Positions 1 through 9,137 of a stretch of DNA of 64,000 nt are shown here, in pieces. Position 1 is the first letter of the stretch. Every line of letters begins with the position of its first letter. The stretch spans positions 512,001 to 576,000 of the forward strand of contig CAXXKJ010000002.1 in the NCBI GenBank assembly GCA_963675295.2, in the 5' to 3' direction. Source of the stretch: a bacterium (GTDB lineage: Bacteria; Electryoneota; Electryoneia; Electryoneales; Electryoneaceae). A program made the position numbers and the translations under genes. The notes beneath the pieces were generated by a model. The model made no database searches and had not been told where the DNA came from. It worked only from the letters and a program-made list of their open reading frames with translations.

Positions 1-96
1 CCCCTCGACAAGGACGGGATCGATGGCCGTGTCGTTTTCGACGCCGCACCAGAGGGTCTGCGGGGACGAGGTATCGATGGCGAGCAGGCGGCTCAT
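1..96 (-). CDS. tsaB: tRNA threonylcarbamoyladenosine biosynthesis protein TsaB (5' part only; runs off window)
   Basis: Manual translation from ATG at 96 gives MSRLLAIDTSSPQTLWCGV..., matching the LAIDTS start of TsaB/YeaZ. The ATG overlaps the upstream stop (TGATG). Confidence 0.7.
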   Translation of the reverse strand, partial: MSRLLAIDTSSPQTLWCGVENDTAIDPVLVEG

Positions 97-1502
97 CAGC
101 ACCCTCCCTGGGGGGAGTCGCTGGCGTCCGCTGGGTTGTTCAGCTCTTCGGGGCGTCGTGTCCACGGTGGCGCGTGGCCGTGCTTGCGGTTGTGAACATG
201 GGCGTGTTCCGGGATACGGCGTTGTTCGAAATCGGCAGCCGCTTCGCCGAACAGTTCCTTGAACTTGGCCAGGATACGGTCCTTCTCCTGCGGCGTGAAC
301 GAAGCGCGGTGTTCTTTCAGCACCGCCATTGGAACGTGGCAGATCATACAGTCGACGATGATGAAGTCGTCGTCCTCGTAGTGGATCGGGGTTTTGACTT
401 CCCGGTCGAACGCCAGCCCGCAGAGGTCGCAACCTTCGTCGTAGAGGCGCAGCGTGTCGGAGATTGGGCGCATGTACGAACTGACTTTTCCGCGTGCCTT
501 GACCCGATCGCGGCGGGTGGTCAGCCACTTTTTCCAGCGGTACCACTCGGCGGTCTGGCCGACTCCGGCGAGCAACGGCAGCTGACCCTTGAAGCCGAGT
601 TTCTCCTCGGCCTTGGTGCCGTCCAGCGTCCAGCGCGGGGTGGTGATGTCCGGCAGCTTGTCGACCAGGAACGGCGGCTGCGTGACCATGCTGAGGAACG
701 GATACACCAGCGGATACAGGGCCTTCAGCAACGCGGGCGAGATGGCGATTTTCTTCGGTGTCGCGCTGAGCACGGTGGCGATGGTGTCACCGAACTCGGC
801 TTGCGGGATCGGGGCGAACGGGGCGGCGTTGAAGATTTCTCCGACCGCGTTCTCGTGGAAAAGCTGGTCACCGATCTGGCGGGCGAGGTCCTGGACGTGA
901 ACAAAGCTGATCTGGTGTGCTGGGCCGACCATCGGCATGATCCCGCGTGAGATCATGGTGAACAGTGGCAGGAAGGCGTGGTCGCGGGGGCCATACACCG
1001 ACGGCGGCCGAACAATGGTGACGGGCAGCTGGTCCTGGTAGCGCAGCAGGATGGTTTCCGCGAGCAGTTTGCTGCGGCCATAGTGGGTGATCGGTTCGGG
1101 CGGATCGGATTCCCGTCGCCAGCGCGCTCCGGACGGTCCCCCGGCGGCCTGGCTTGAGACGAGCAGAAAGCGTGGGCGGTCGTTGCCGGTGTGGACATCG
1201 AGTACGGCCTTAATCAGGTTGTGCGTACCCTCGCTGTTGTGCAGGTAGTAGAGATAGCGATGTTGGGCGGCGACAACGCCTGCATTATGGACGATCTTGT
1301 CCACGCCTTCGACGGCGGCGGGCAGGCTGTCCGGGTCGTCGAGCGAGCCGTAGACCAGTTCAACCGGCTTGTTTTCGAGCCAGCTGAGGTCGGATGTGGT
1401 GCGCACCATCGCGCGCACGTTGTTTCCCCTGCGCAGCAGGCAGTCCACAATGTGGCTGCCGACAAATCCATTCGCGCCGGTCACCAGAATGGTTGACGCC
1501 AT
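96..1502 (-). CDS. NAD-dependent epimerase/dehydratase (extended SDR; candidate ceramide reductase) fused to a C-terminal HIT-like domain
   Basis: TGANGFVG Rossmann motif, HNAG, YGRSK (YxxxK) and RPPSVYGP. The tail has CDLC...CMIC...HAHVH. Confidence 0.85.
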   Translation of the reverse strand: MASTILVTGANGFVGSHIVDCLLRRGNNVRAMVRTTSDLSWLENKPVELVYGSLDDPDSLPAAVEGVDKIVHNAGVVAAQHRYLYYLHNSEGTHNLIKAVLDVHTGNDRPRFLLVSSQAAGGPSGARWRRESDPPEPITHYGRSKLLAETILLRYQDQLPVTIVRPPSVYGPRDHAFLPLFTMISRGIMPMVGPAHQISFVHVQDLARQIGDQLFHENAVGEIFNAAPFAPIPQAEFGDTIATVLSATPKKIAISPALLKALYPLVYPFLSMVTQPPFLVDKLPDITTPRWTLDGTKAEEKLGFKGQLPLLAGVGQTAEWYRWKKWLTTRRDRVKARGKVSSYMRPISDTLRLYDEGCDLCGLAFDREVKTPIHYEDDDFIIVDCMICHVPMAVLKEHRASFTPQEKDRILAKFKELFGEAAADFEQRRIPEHAHVHNRKHGHAPPWTRRPEELNNPADASDSPQGGC

Positions 1503-1623
1503 TGGTCGTCCTGTCTGAGTGATGATGTATAGCTGGAGAGTATTGCCTGGGGTGGGGCAGGTTCAAGGGATCGCTGAGCCAAAATGGCTCAGCGATCCGG
1601 ATATGCCGGTCGGGAGGACGGTA

Positions 1624-4600
1624 TCAGTTGTCGAGCTTGCCGTCGAGGATTTCACGAATCAGGTTGATGAAATCCGTTGGCTTGAACGGTTTCGAGATAA
1701 ACGGGATGCCGCCGGCGATCAGTTCGGATGTCTTGTCGGCATCGAAGGAATAGCCGGACATGAACAGGATCGGCGCGTTGTACTGGATTTCGCGCAGGGC
1801 GACGACAAAATCATTGCCATTCATCTGCGGCATGACGACATCGGTTACAATCAGGTCCGGTGCATGCTTCATGGAGTTAAGTTCGTCCAGCGCCTGTTTG
1901 GCGGAATCGAATTCGAGAACAGTATAGCCATACCGATGCAGCGAACGGGCGGTGCTGCGGCGTACCAGCGGATCATCTTCGACCAGCATAATGGTTTCCG
2001 TGCCTTCGAGCACCGATTTGGTTTCTTCGGGCGATTTCACCTTGTCAGCTTCCACCAGCACACGGGGGAAGCGCAGCTGGAACGTTGTGCCAGCGCCGAG
2101 TTCGCTCTGCAGACTGATGATACCATTGGCCTGCTTGACGATACTGGTGACCGTTGCCAGACCGAGGCCGGTACCCTTTCCGGCCTCCTTGGTGGTGAAG
2201 AACGGTTCAAAGATGTGCTCGACGGTCTCGGCGTCAATTCCGGTGCCGGTATCCTGAACTTCCAGCAGCACGTGATCGCTGTTCAGGTCACAGGATGGAT
2301 CATTGTTGGCGTCCAAGGCGGTAATGTTTCGTGTGCGCAGTGTCAGCGTGCCACCCTCTTGCATCGCGTCGCGTGCGTTAACGGCCAGGTTGACGAGAAT
2401 CTGCTCAAGCTGGACGGGGTCCATTTTGTGCGACCAGAGGCCTTCCTGCTTGTCCGACACGAGGTGAATGTGTTCGCCGATGGTTCGGCGGAGCAGTTTT
2501 TCCGAACCGCTGAGGACATCGTTGAGACACAGGGTGATCGGATTGTTGCTGCGTTTCCGGCTGAAGGAGAGCAGTTGCCGTGTCAGTTGGGATGCGCGTT
2601 CGGCGATGTTGCCGATTTCCGCCAGTTCGCCGCGCAGGTCGACATCATCCTGCGAAAGCAGCAGCAGGTCAACGTTTCCGGAGATCACGGTCAACAGGTT
2701 GTTGAAATCGTGCGCGATTCCGCCGGTGAGGTTGCCGACAGTTTCCATCTTCTGGGCGTGCGCGAGTTCCTTCTCCAGCTCCAGCTCACGAGTGATGTTG
2801 CGTTTGCTGGCAATGTGTCCGACAACGTTCCCTTCGTTGTCACGAATCGGCGCGATAACGGCGTATTCGTGGAACAGCGTGCCATCCTTTGCCTTGCCAG
2901 TGATTCGGTTCTCCCAGACATGGCCGCTGTTCACCGTGTTCATCATCTCATCCCAGAACTCCTGGGAATGTCTGCCACTTTCGAAAATGTTGGTGTGTTT
3001 TCCAATTAACTCGTCGTGTCGGTATCCTGAAATCCGCACGACAGCTTGGTTGACGTACTCAATTATTCCGTTGGTATCAGTGATGATCACCGCTTCGGCG
3101 GATTGATTCAGGGCGGTCGCCAGCTTGCGCAGGTCTTCCTCGGCCTTGACGCGCTGGGTGATATCGCGGACAATGGAAATGACCAGGGTCGTATCTTCGT
3201 ATTTGATCATACTGGCTGAAACTTCCACCGGAATACGTTGGCCGTCTTTCGAGCGGTGAACCTGTTCGAAGATCGCGCGTCCATCATTGTACAGGGAGTC
3301 CATGATCGGACCCAGTGGGGAAGCAAACTGGGGATCGTCAATGTCATAGACACTCAGGCCGAGCAACTCTTCCCGTGTATAGCCCAACCGTTCACAAGCT
3401 ATATCATTGACTTCAAGGAACGGGCCCAAGCTTCCGTCCGCGTTCAACCGGTGCACGAAGACGGCGTCGGTGATGCCCTGCAGCAAACCACGGAACCAGC
3501 GTTCACTGCGTAGCAGAGCCTGTTCGGCTTCGACACGATCGGAGACGTCCGTGCTGATGATTCCCAGTCCGTCCCCCAGCGGGAACATGCGGATCGCCAG
3601 GTGCCGTTCGGGTTGATTCGGCAGACGAAACACGTCGAAGGCGTACTCGATCGTACCCTGTTCCATTGTACGCCGGCATTTGGCAATGTTTTCGGGAGGA
3701 GCGATGCTGTCGAGTCTGGTTCCGCGCAGATCATGGATGGTAGTGCCCGGCGGGTGCATGTTGATGCCGGACTTGCTCATGTCGACGAGCTCCAGGTCGC
3801 GGGTCCAGATGGCGATGATGTCCGGTGACGAGTTCATGAGATCACGGAATCGCGTCTCGCTTTCACGAAGTGCGTCGTTGGCCTCATGCTGCTTGGTGAC
3901 ATCAGTGAAGGTGACAGCAACCCGGTTGTCTGGGAGCGGGAAAACGTGGGTGGAAAAATAGCCTTTCATTCTCCCGTCGTCATAGAATTCCTCATTCTGC
4001 GTAAACGCTTTCCCCGTTCTTGCCGTGTTAAGGTATTTATCCGTAATCCCGTACTCTTTCGCCATTGGCCATAACTCATTGAATTCCTTGCCAAGACAGG
4101 CCTTCTCCGTAATCCCTGTAATCTTCTCCGCAGCTGGGTTTGCGGAAACCAGGTAGAGTTTGTCGGGTTCTTCGAATCGATACGTGAACAATCCAGTGGG
4201 AATCGAAGTAACCAACTGGTGGGAAAGCAGTTTCTCAGCCTCAGCTGTTTTCCGGTCAGTCAAGTCACGAATGACAGACAGGACTGCTGGGCGGTCATGG
4301 TAGGTTACGACTTTCGAATGAACTTCAACCTGTATGCGTTCACCTTCACGAGTAATTAACTTGGTTTCAAAGACTTCTGGAACCTTTTCGCCACGAAGCC
4401 GGCGCATGTGGATTTCCGCAACCCGTTCTTTCTCTTCCGGAGCCACCGCATCCAGAATCCCGGAAGAAATATTTCTGCGAATATCTCCACCCCTGCCTGT
4501 GACCAATGCTTTGTTATAATAGACAATCTGCTCATCCTGAATAAGAACAATATAGTCATTTGTATTTTCAGTAATAAGATTAAGAATATGCTCTCTTTCA

Positions 4601-5133
4601 AATAGATTTTTCTCTTTAATCTTTTTTAATGTTATATCTTGAGCAATACCGACGACATAGTTATTATGATCAATCGACATAGCTTTAATAACTCGATCAT
4701 GAATCCAGCGAATCTGATTGTTCGGCAATTTTACTTGATATTCTACATCAAATTCTATTTCACCAGCCAAGAATCGTTGAAATTCTCCAGAAACCCGCTT
4801 ATTATCATCATTTACGATCATGTTGGTCCAGAGAGAGGGGGTAGATAGCACATTGTCAACGGGAATGCCTGTAAGGATTTCAAACGAGGGGCTGACGAAC
4901 AGCATTTCGTGAGTCTGCGTATCCTGAATCCAGAGGATGTCGGTGCTGTTTTCCGCAAACAGCCGTAGCAGATTATCGGCAGAGAAGTGCCGGAGTGTTT
5001 TAGCGAACGGGTCTTTTTTCTTCGCCAGCTTCGCTTTGCCAGATTGCACGTCTGTCCCCTTGCGCTCCTGATCAGATGCTACTTCCACTATCCCCGAATG
5101 CCGAGTAACTACGGATGATCGCTTCTGGTACAT
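1624..5133 (-). CDS. Multi-PAS hybrid sensor histidine kinase/response regulator
   Basis: Several PAS/PAC repeats, H-box GIAHDFNNLL, N-box NLAVNARDAM, DTGTG, FEPFFTTK and GTGLGL. C-terminal receiver domain (VEDD, TDVVMP, KPF). Start uncertain. Confidence 0.93.
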   Translation of the reverse strand: MYQKRSSVVTRHSGIVEVASDQERKGTDVQSGKAKLAKKKDPFAKTLRHFSADNLLRLFAENSTDILWIQDTQTHEMLFVSPSFEILTGIPVDNVLSTPSLWTNMIVNDDNKRVSGEFQRFLAGEIEFDVEYQVKLPNNQIRWIHDRVIKAMSIDHNNYVVGIAQDITLKKIKEKNLFEREHILNLITENTNDYIVLIQDEQIVYYNKALVTGRGGDIRRNISSGILDAVAPEEKERVAEIHMRRLRGEKVPEVFETKLITREGERIQVEVHSKVVTYHDRPAVLSVIRDLTDRKTAEAEKLLSHQLVTSIPTGLFTYRFEEPDKLYLVSANPAAEKITGITEKACLGKEFNELWPMAKEYGITDKYLNTARTGKAFTQNEEFYDDGRMKGYFSTHVFPLPDNRVAVTFTDVTKQHEANDALRESETRFRDLMNSSPDIIAIWTRDLELVDMSKSGINMHPPGTTIHDLRGTRLDSIAPPENIAKCRRTMEQGTIEYAFDVFRLPNQPERHLAIRMFPLGDGLGIISTDVSDRVEAEQALLRSERWFRGLLQGITDAVFVHRLNADGSLGPFLEVNDIACERLGYTREELLGLSVYDIDDPQFASPLGPIMDSLYNDGRAIFEQVHRSKDGQRIPVEVSASMIKYEDTTLVISIVRDITQRVKAEEDLRKLATALNQSAEAVIITDTNGIIEYVNQAVVRISGYRHDELIGKHTNIFESGRHSQEFWDEMMNTVNSGHVWENRITGKAKDGTLFHEYAVIAPIRDNEGNVVGHIASKRNITRELELEKELAHAQKMETVGNLTGGIAHDFNNLLTVISGNVDLLLLSQDDVDLRGELAEIGNIAERASQLTRQLLSFSRKRSNNPITLCLNDVLSGSEKLLRRTIGEHIHLVSDKQEGLWSHKMDPVQLEQILVNLAVNARDAMQEGGTLTLRTRNITALDANNDPSCDLNSDHVLLEVQDTGTGIDAETVEHIFEPFFTTKEAGKGTGLGLATVTSIVKQANGIISLQSELGAGTTFQLRFPRVLVEADKVKSPEETKSVLEGTETIMLVEDDPLVRRSTARSLHRYGYTVLEFDSAKQALDELNSMKHAPDLIVTDVVMPQMNGNDFVVALREIQYNAPILFMSGYSFDADKTSELIAGGIPFISKPFKPTDFINLIREILDGKLDN

Positions 5134-5392
5134 CGTGGTGAAGCATAACTATGCGCAGCAATCTTTGCGCCAAACGGTATTGCACCTGCTATCCCGGGCT
5201 TACGGATATCATCTTTAGATGTTTCAGCCGGTATACTCACATACGGGAACCTGACGTCTCGAGGCTATAATTACAATAACACACGGAAGATAAGATAATT
5301 AATAGAAGAATGATGGGTTAGGCGGAGTTGTGCTCTCCTCGGTAAAAGAGAGACACGAGAAACGCGAAAACCGTTGATAACTCTCCGTGGGA

Positions 5393-6529
5393 TTATAGCT
5401 CTTTTTGGTACATTCGGTAGGTTTTGGTGCGTTGCGCGCCCATCATCTCGGCGGCCTTGATCATCGGTTCGTTGGTTTCCAGCACCCAGCCGATCTCACC
5501 TTCCTGGTAGCCGTATTTCGGACCATCAACGAAGTGATCGTGGTACATGACGGCATCAATCCCGCGTCCGCGGTATTCTTCCAGCACACCCATCAGCAGG
5601 ATCCGGACTTTGTTCAGCGCGCCTTTGCGGGTGTGCCACATCAGTTTTGGCAGGCCGAACGGGAGCAGGCGTCCGTCACGGATCTTTACGACAGCCTCGT
5701 TGATATCGGGCAGGGCCAGCGAGAATCCGACGAGTTGGTTGTCTTTCGCCGGATCTTCGGCGAAGTAGATGAGGCGGTAGTCGTAGACCTGTTTCAGGTT
5801 GGTGGCGAGATGCTTGAACTCGGTGTCGGTCATCGGGACCGCGCCCCAGTTCTTCTCCCACGCGACCTTGTAAATGTCCCAGATCTTGTAAGCATCGCCC
5901 CAGAAATCCTTTGGGTTGAAGTGGCGGTAAGTGACCTTGGAGCGTTTGCGCAGAGCTTCGGCGCTGCGAGCGAGTTTAGGCGACATGGAATTTTCGTCCA
6001 CGCGGAAGCAGTGGATGTCCATCGCCTTGTCGTGGCCGAGGGATTCGATCAGTTCGGGATAGTAGGGCGGGTTGTAGGGCATCATGATCGCCGGTCGCTG
6101 GTCGAAGGCGTTGATCAGGATACCGATGTCTTCGTTGATGGACGGATTGAACGGTCCGCGCAGCAGGTTCAGGTTCCAGGCGCGTCCGGCTTCGATGACC
6201 TTGTCGAACAGGGTCTGGGCGACAGCCTTGTCGTTAATTGTTTCGAAGTGGCCCCAGTGGCAGGTGGTTTCGTTGTGTTCGGTGTTGTGGGCGTCATCGT
6301 TGATCGCGGCGATGCGTCCCACCGGCCTGCCGTTTTTGTAGGCGACGAAGCGGCGCATTTTGGCGTGTTCGAAGAACGGGTTCTTTTTTTCGTCGAACAT
6401 CTCTTTCGCCTGGACACGTAGCGGCGGCACCCAGACGGGGTTTTTGCCCAGCACGATGTACGGAACCTCGAGGAAGTCCTTAAAGGGTTTGCCGTTCGGC
6501 GCTTCGACGATCTGGATGCTGTCGCTCAT
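5393..6529 (-). CDS. YghO-like GNAT-fold protein; candidate bacterial ceramide synthase (bCerS)
   Basis: Family motifs WVPPL, NPFFEHA, GRIAA, GPFNPSINE, MMPYNPPYY, WEKNWG, GRLLPFG, MGVLEEYRGRG and WVLETN. Start refined to MSDSIQ. Confidence 0.75.
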   Translation of the reverse strand: MSDSIQIVEAPNGKPFKDFLEVPYIVLGKNPVWVPPLRVQAKEMFDEKKNPFFEHAKMRRFVAYKNGRPVGRIAAINDDAHNTEHNETTCHWGHFETINDKAVAQTLFDKVIEAGRAWNLNLLRGPFNPSINEDIGILINAFDQRPAIMMPYNPPYYPELIESLGHDKAMDIHCFRVDENSMSPKLARSAEALRKRSKVTYRHFNPKDFWGDAYKIWDIYKVAWEKNWGAVPMTDTEFKHLATNLKQVYDYRLIYFAEDPAKDNQLVGFSLALPDINEAVVKIRDGRLLPFGLPKLMWHTRKGALNKVRILLMGVLEEYRGRGIDAVMYHDHFVDGPKYGYQEGEIGWVLETNEPMIKAAEMMGAQRTKTYRMYQKEL

Positions 6530-6903
6530 GGTATGTCCGGGTTGTGGAGCGGTTCGGAATGGACGGAAAGGTGCGCAGAGGGTCAAGGTTTTGCAAGGGT
6601 TGGAGCGGCTGAGTGTGGGGCGAAGGTGTCAGCAGCGGGGAACGGCGGGCAAGTTCGGGAGCGAATGAGCCCAGACTTGAACGTCTGAAGCATGTGGACC
6701 GGTCGTGTGGTCGAATCCGTGTGCGGCGATCTCTGGATTCCTCCTCCGGGTCGTTTGAATCGGCGTTGTGGGGGTGTATCCTTGAGCTTCGCGGCTGTGG
6801 TGACCCATGAGTTACGCTCGGCCCTCGGCTACCGGCGTCACGAATGCACTGCAGCTGGTTGCATGACCACACGTTCCAACTGTCCCGGGAGATGATCACC
6901 GTC

Positions 6904-7815
6904 ATGGATTTGTCCGGCATCCCGTATATCGGCGAGATGTTCGCGCTCGGCGCACCGTTGTGCTGGGCGTTCGCGGTGATCCTGTTCCGTTGGGCGGGTC
7001 AGACGGTTCCGCCGTTCACGCTGAACCTGTTCAAGAACGTGGTCGGGTTGTTGCTCGGTGTGGTGACGGTGCTGGCGATGGGCGATCCGTTGTGGCGTTC
7101 GGCACCACTCAGCGACTACTGGATCCTGATCGGCAGCGGGATTATCGGGATCGGGATTTCGGACCTGCTGTTCTTCATGGCGCTGAACCGTGTCGGCGCG
7201 GGTCTGTGGTCGATCATCAACACCAGCTACAGCCCGTCGATCATCTTCATGGCGATCCTGTTCCTCGGGGAAAGTCTGGCTCCGGTGCAGTGGATCGGGG
7301 TGGCGTTGATCCTGAGCGCGGTGCTGGCGGTGACGTGGATGCGTGGTCCGAAGGGCGAGGTGCCGAAGAAGACGGTTGTCGTCGGGGTCGTGCTCGGGAT
7401 TACCGCGATGCTGACGCAGGCGGTGTCGGTGATCATGGTCAAGCCGCTACTGGAAAGCACCGACCTGATGTGGAATTTCGTCTGGCGTCTGCTCGGCGGA
7501 CTGGGGTTCATGCTGGTGATTCTGCCGTTCCGGCCGGACCGGTTGAAGGTGGTGAAGTCGTTTGGGAATGTGAAGGATTTGACCCGCATGCTGCCGGGGA
7601 CAGTTCTCGGTACCTACCTCTCGTTAATGTTGTGGCTGGGTGGGATGAAGTACGCGAAGGCGTCCGTCGCGAGTGTGCTCAACCAGACCAGTTCGCTGTT
7701 CATTTTTACCCTCGCGGTGCTGCTGCTGAAGGAACCGGCGACCAAGCGCCGGATCGCCGGGTTGATCGTCGGCGTGGCGGGTGTTGCGCTGGTGACGTTT
7801 GGTGGTGGCCATTGA
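6904..7815 (+). CDS. DMT/EamA family transporter
   Basis: About 10 hydrophobic segments in two EamA repeats (FLGESL, LLKEP). Confidence 0.9.
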   Translation: MDLSGIPYIGEMFALGAPLCWAFAVILFRWAGQTVPPFTLNLFKNVVGLLLGVVTVLAMGDPLWRSAPLSDYWILIGSGIIGIGISDLLFFMALNRVGAGLWSIINTSYSPSIIFMAILFLGESLAPVQWIGVALILSAVLAVTWMRGPKGEVPKKTVVVGVVLGITAMLTQAVSVIMVKPLLESTDLMWNFVWRLLGGLGFMLVILPFRPDRLKVVKSFGNVKDLTRMLPGTVLGTYLSLMLWLGGMKYAKASVASVLNQTSSLFIFTLAVLLLKEPATKRRIAGLIVGVAGVALVTFGGGH

Positions 7816-7830
7816 TCATGGGAATTGCTG

Positions 7831-8820
7831 GTGACTGATATCCCCCTCCTCGGTGAAATGCTTGCCCTCGGTGCGGCGGTAGGCTGGGCGACGGCGATCG
7901 TGTTGTTCAAGACTGTCGGCGACCGTCTCGGGCCGATAGCGTTGAACACGTTCAAGAACCTGCTGGCGTTCGTGCTGATCCCGCCGACGATGCTGCTGTT
8001 CGGGCAGGAGGTGCTGGTTGATGCGCCCGCGGCGGATTACGGTCTGCTGATCCTGTCGGGTGTGCTCGGGATGGGCGTGTCGGATACGTTGTACCTGATG
8101 GCGTTGAACCGTCTCGGCGCGGCGGTGTGGGCGATTGCGAACACGCTGTATGCGCCGATGGTGGTCGTGATGGCGATGATCTTCCTCGGCGAAACGTTGA
8201 GCGTGATGCAATGGGCCGGGGTGGTGCTGGTGCTGGTGGCGTTGCTGCTGGTCGGTGGGGAAAAACGGCGGAACGGGAACGGGAAGAAGGCGCCGGACGT
8301 GCCGGTCAAGGTGCGCTCCGGACTGTTTCCGAAGCCGAAGCCGGCGGCGGCACCGGCTCACGCGCAGCTTTCACGCCGGGACTGGCTGCTGGGGCTGACC
8401 TTCGCGGTGCTCGGCATGTTGTCAATGGCGATCAGCGTGATCATCATCAAGCCGGTACTCGATCGTTCGCCGGTCTATTGGGCGACGGAGATGCGGCTCG
8501 CGGGCGGTTTGCTGTTCCTGCTGGTGCTGATTGTAGCGAACAAACGGCCGGGCTCGTTGTTCAAGCCGTGGAAAGATCCATACGTGATCAAGCGGATGTT
8601 TCCGGCGGCGTTTGTCGGGACGTATCTCGCGTTGGTGCTGCTGCAGGGCGGTCTGAAGTACACGCAAGCGAGTACGGCGACAGTGCTGACGCAAACGTCG
8701 ACGCTGTTCATTTTCGTCCTCGCGGTGGTGTTCCTCAAGGAACCGGTGAATCTGCGGCGCATCCTCGGTGTGGTGTTGGGACTGGGCGGTGCGGTGCTGG
8801 TGATTTTCGGCGGGGTGTAA
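7831..8820 (+). CDS. DMT/EamA family transporter (tandem paralog)
   Basis: Same architecture and evident similarity to the upstream gene (GEMxALGA, LNxFKN, ALNR.GA, GTYL, GxKY). GTG start inferred. Confidence 0.9.
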   Translation: MTDIPLLGEMLALGAAVGWATAIVLFKTVGDRLGPIALNTFKNLLAFVLIPPTMLLFGQEVLVDAPAADYGLLILSGVLGMGVSDTLYLMALNRLGAAVWAIANTLYAPMVVVMAMIFLGETLSVMQWAGVVLVLVALLLVGGEKRRNGNGKKAPDVPVKVRSGLFPKPKPAAAPAHAQLSRRDWLLGLTFAVLGMLSMAISVIIIKPVLDRSPVYWATEMRLAGGLLFLLVLIVANKRPGSLFKPWKDPYVIKRMFPAAFVGTYLALVLLQGGLKYTQASTATVLTQTSTLFIFVLAVVFLKEPVNLRRILGVVLGLGGAVLVIFGGV

Positions 8821-9041
8821 CGGGCTTCGTCATAAAGGAATGCGGTAGCGGTCCGTAGCCGAATAACCACCGTCTGTCCCACAGCTGTTCCTATTTTCTT
8901 GTCCCGATTTTCTCCCGGGACTGGTGGTCGGGCTGGCGGGGGTGGTGTTGGTGCTGAGACGTTCGAAACCGGCTCGTGGAGACGAAATTCGGCGAAAAGC
9001 CGAATTCAGTTTCCGTTGAGTGATTTTCGGATCTACATTGC

Positions 9042-9076
9042 TTGACACCCGATTTTGAGAAATTTTCAAGATCGGG
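9042..9076 (+). promoter_or_regulatory. TTGACA followed by a 29-bp operator-like inverted repeat
   Basis: TTGACA at 9042-9047, then CCCGATTTTGAGAAATTTTCAAGATCGGG (2 mismatches), about 60 bp upstream of the LVIVD gene. Confidence 0.5.
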
Positions 9077-9137
9077 ATTTTCTTTACGTAGGTAGATATT
9101 GAATCTGTGAGCAATTTGATAACCTGGGGGAAGCACG

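Noticed and set aside
1519-3009. Long antisense ORFs (also 28611-29858, 42712-44172, 49496-50671, 55266-56939)
   Set aside because: These are shadow frames opposite well-supported genes, expected in GC-rich DNA, with no recognisable motifs.
8980-9015. Hairpin AATTCGGC-GAAAA-GCCGAATT as a c-di-GMP or other riboswitch
   Set aside because: The second stem and conserved motifs are not evident, and it lies upstream of the putative promoter. It may be a simple terminator-like hairpin.
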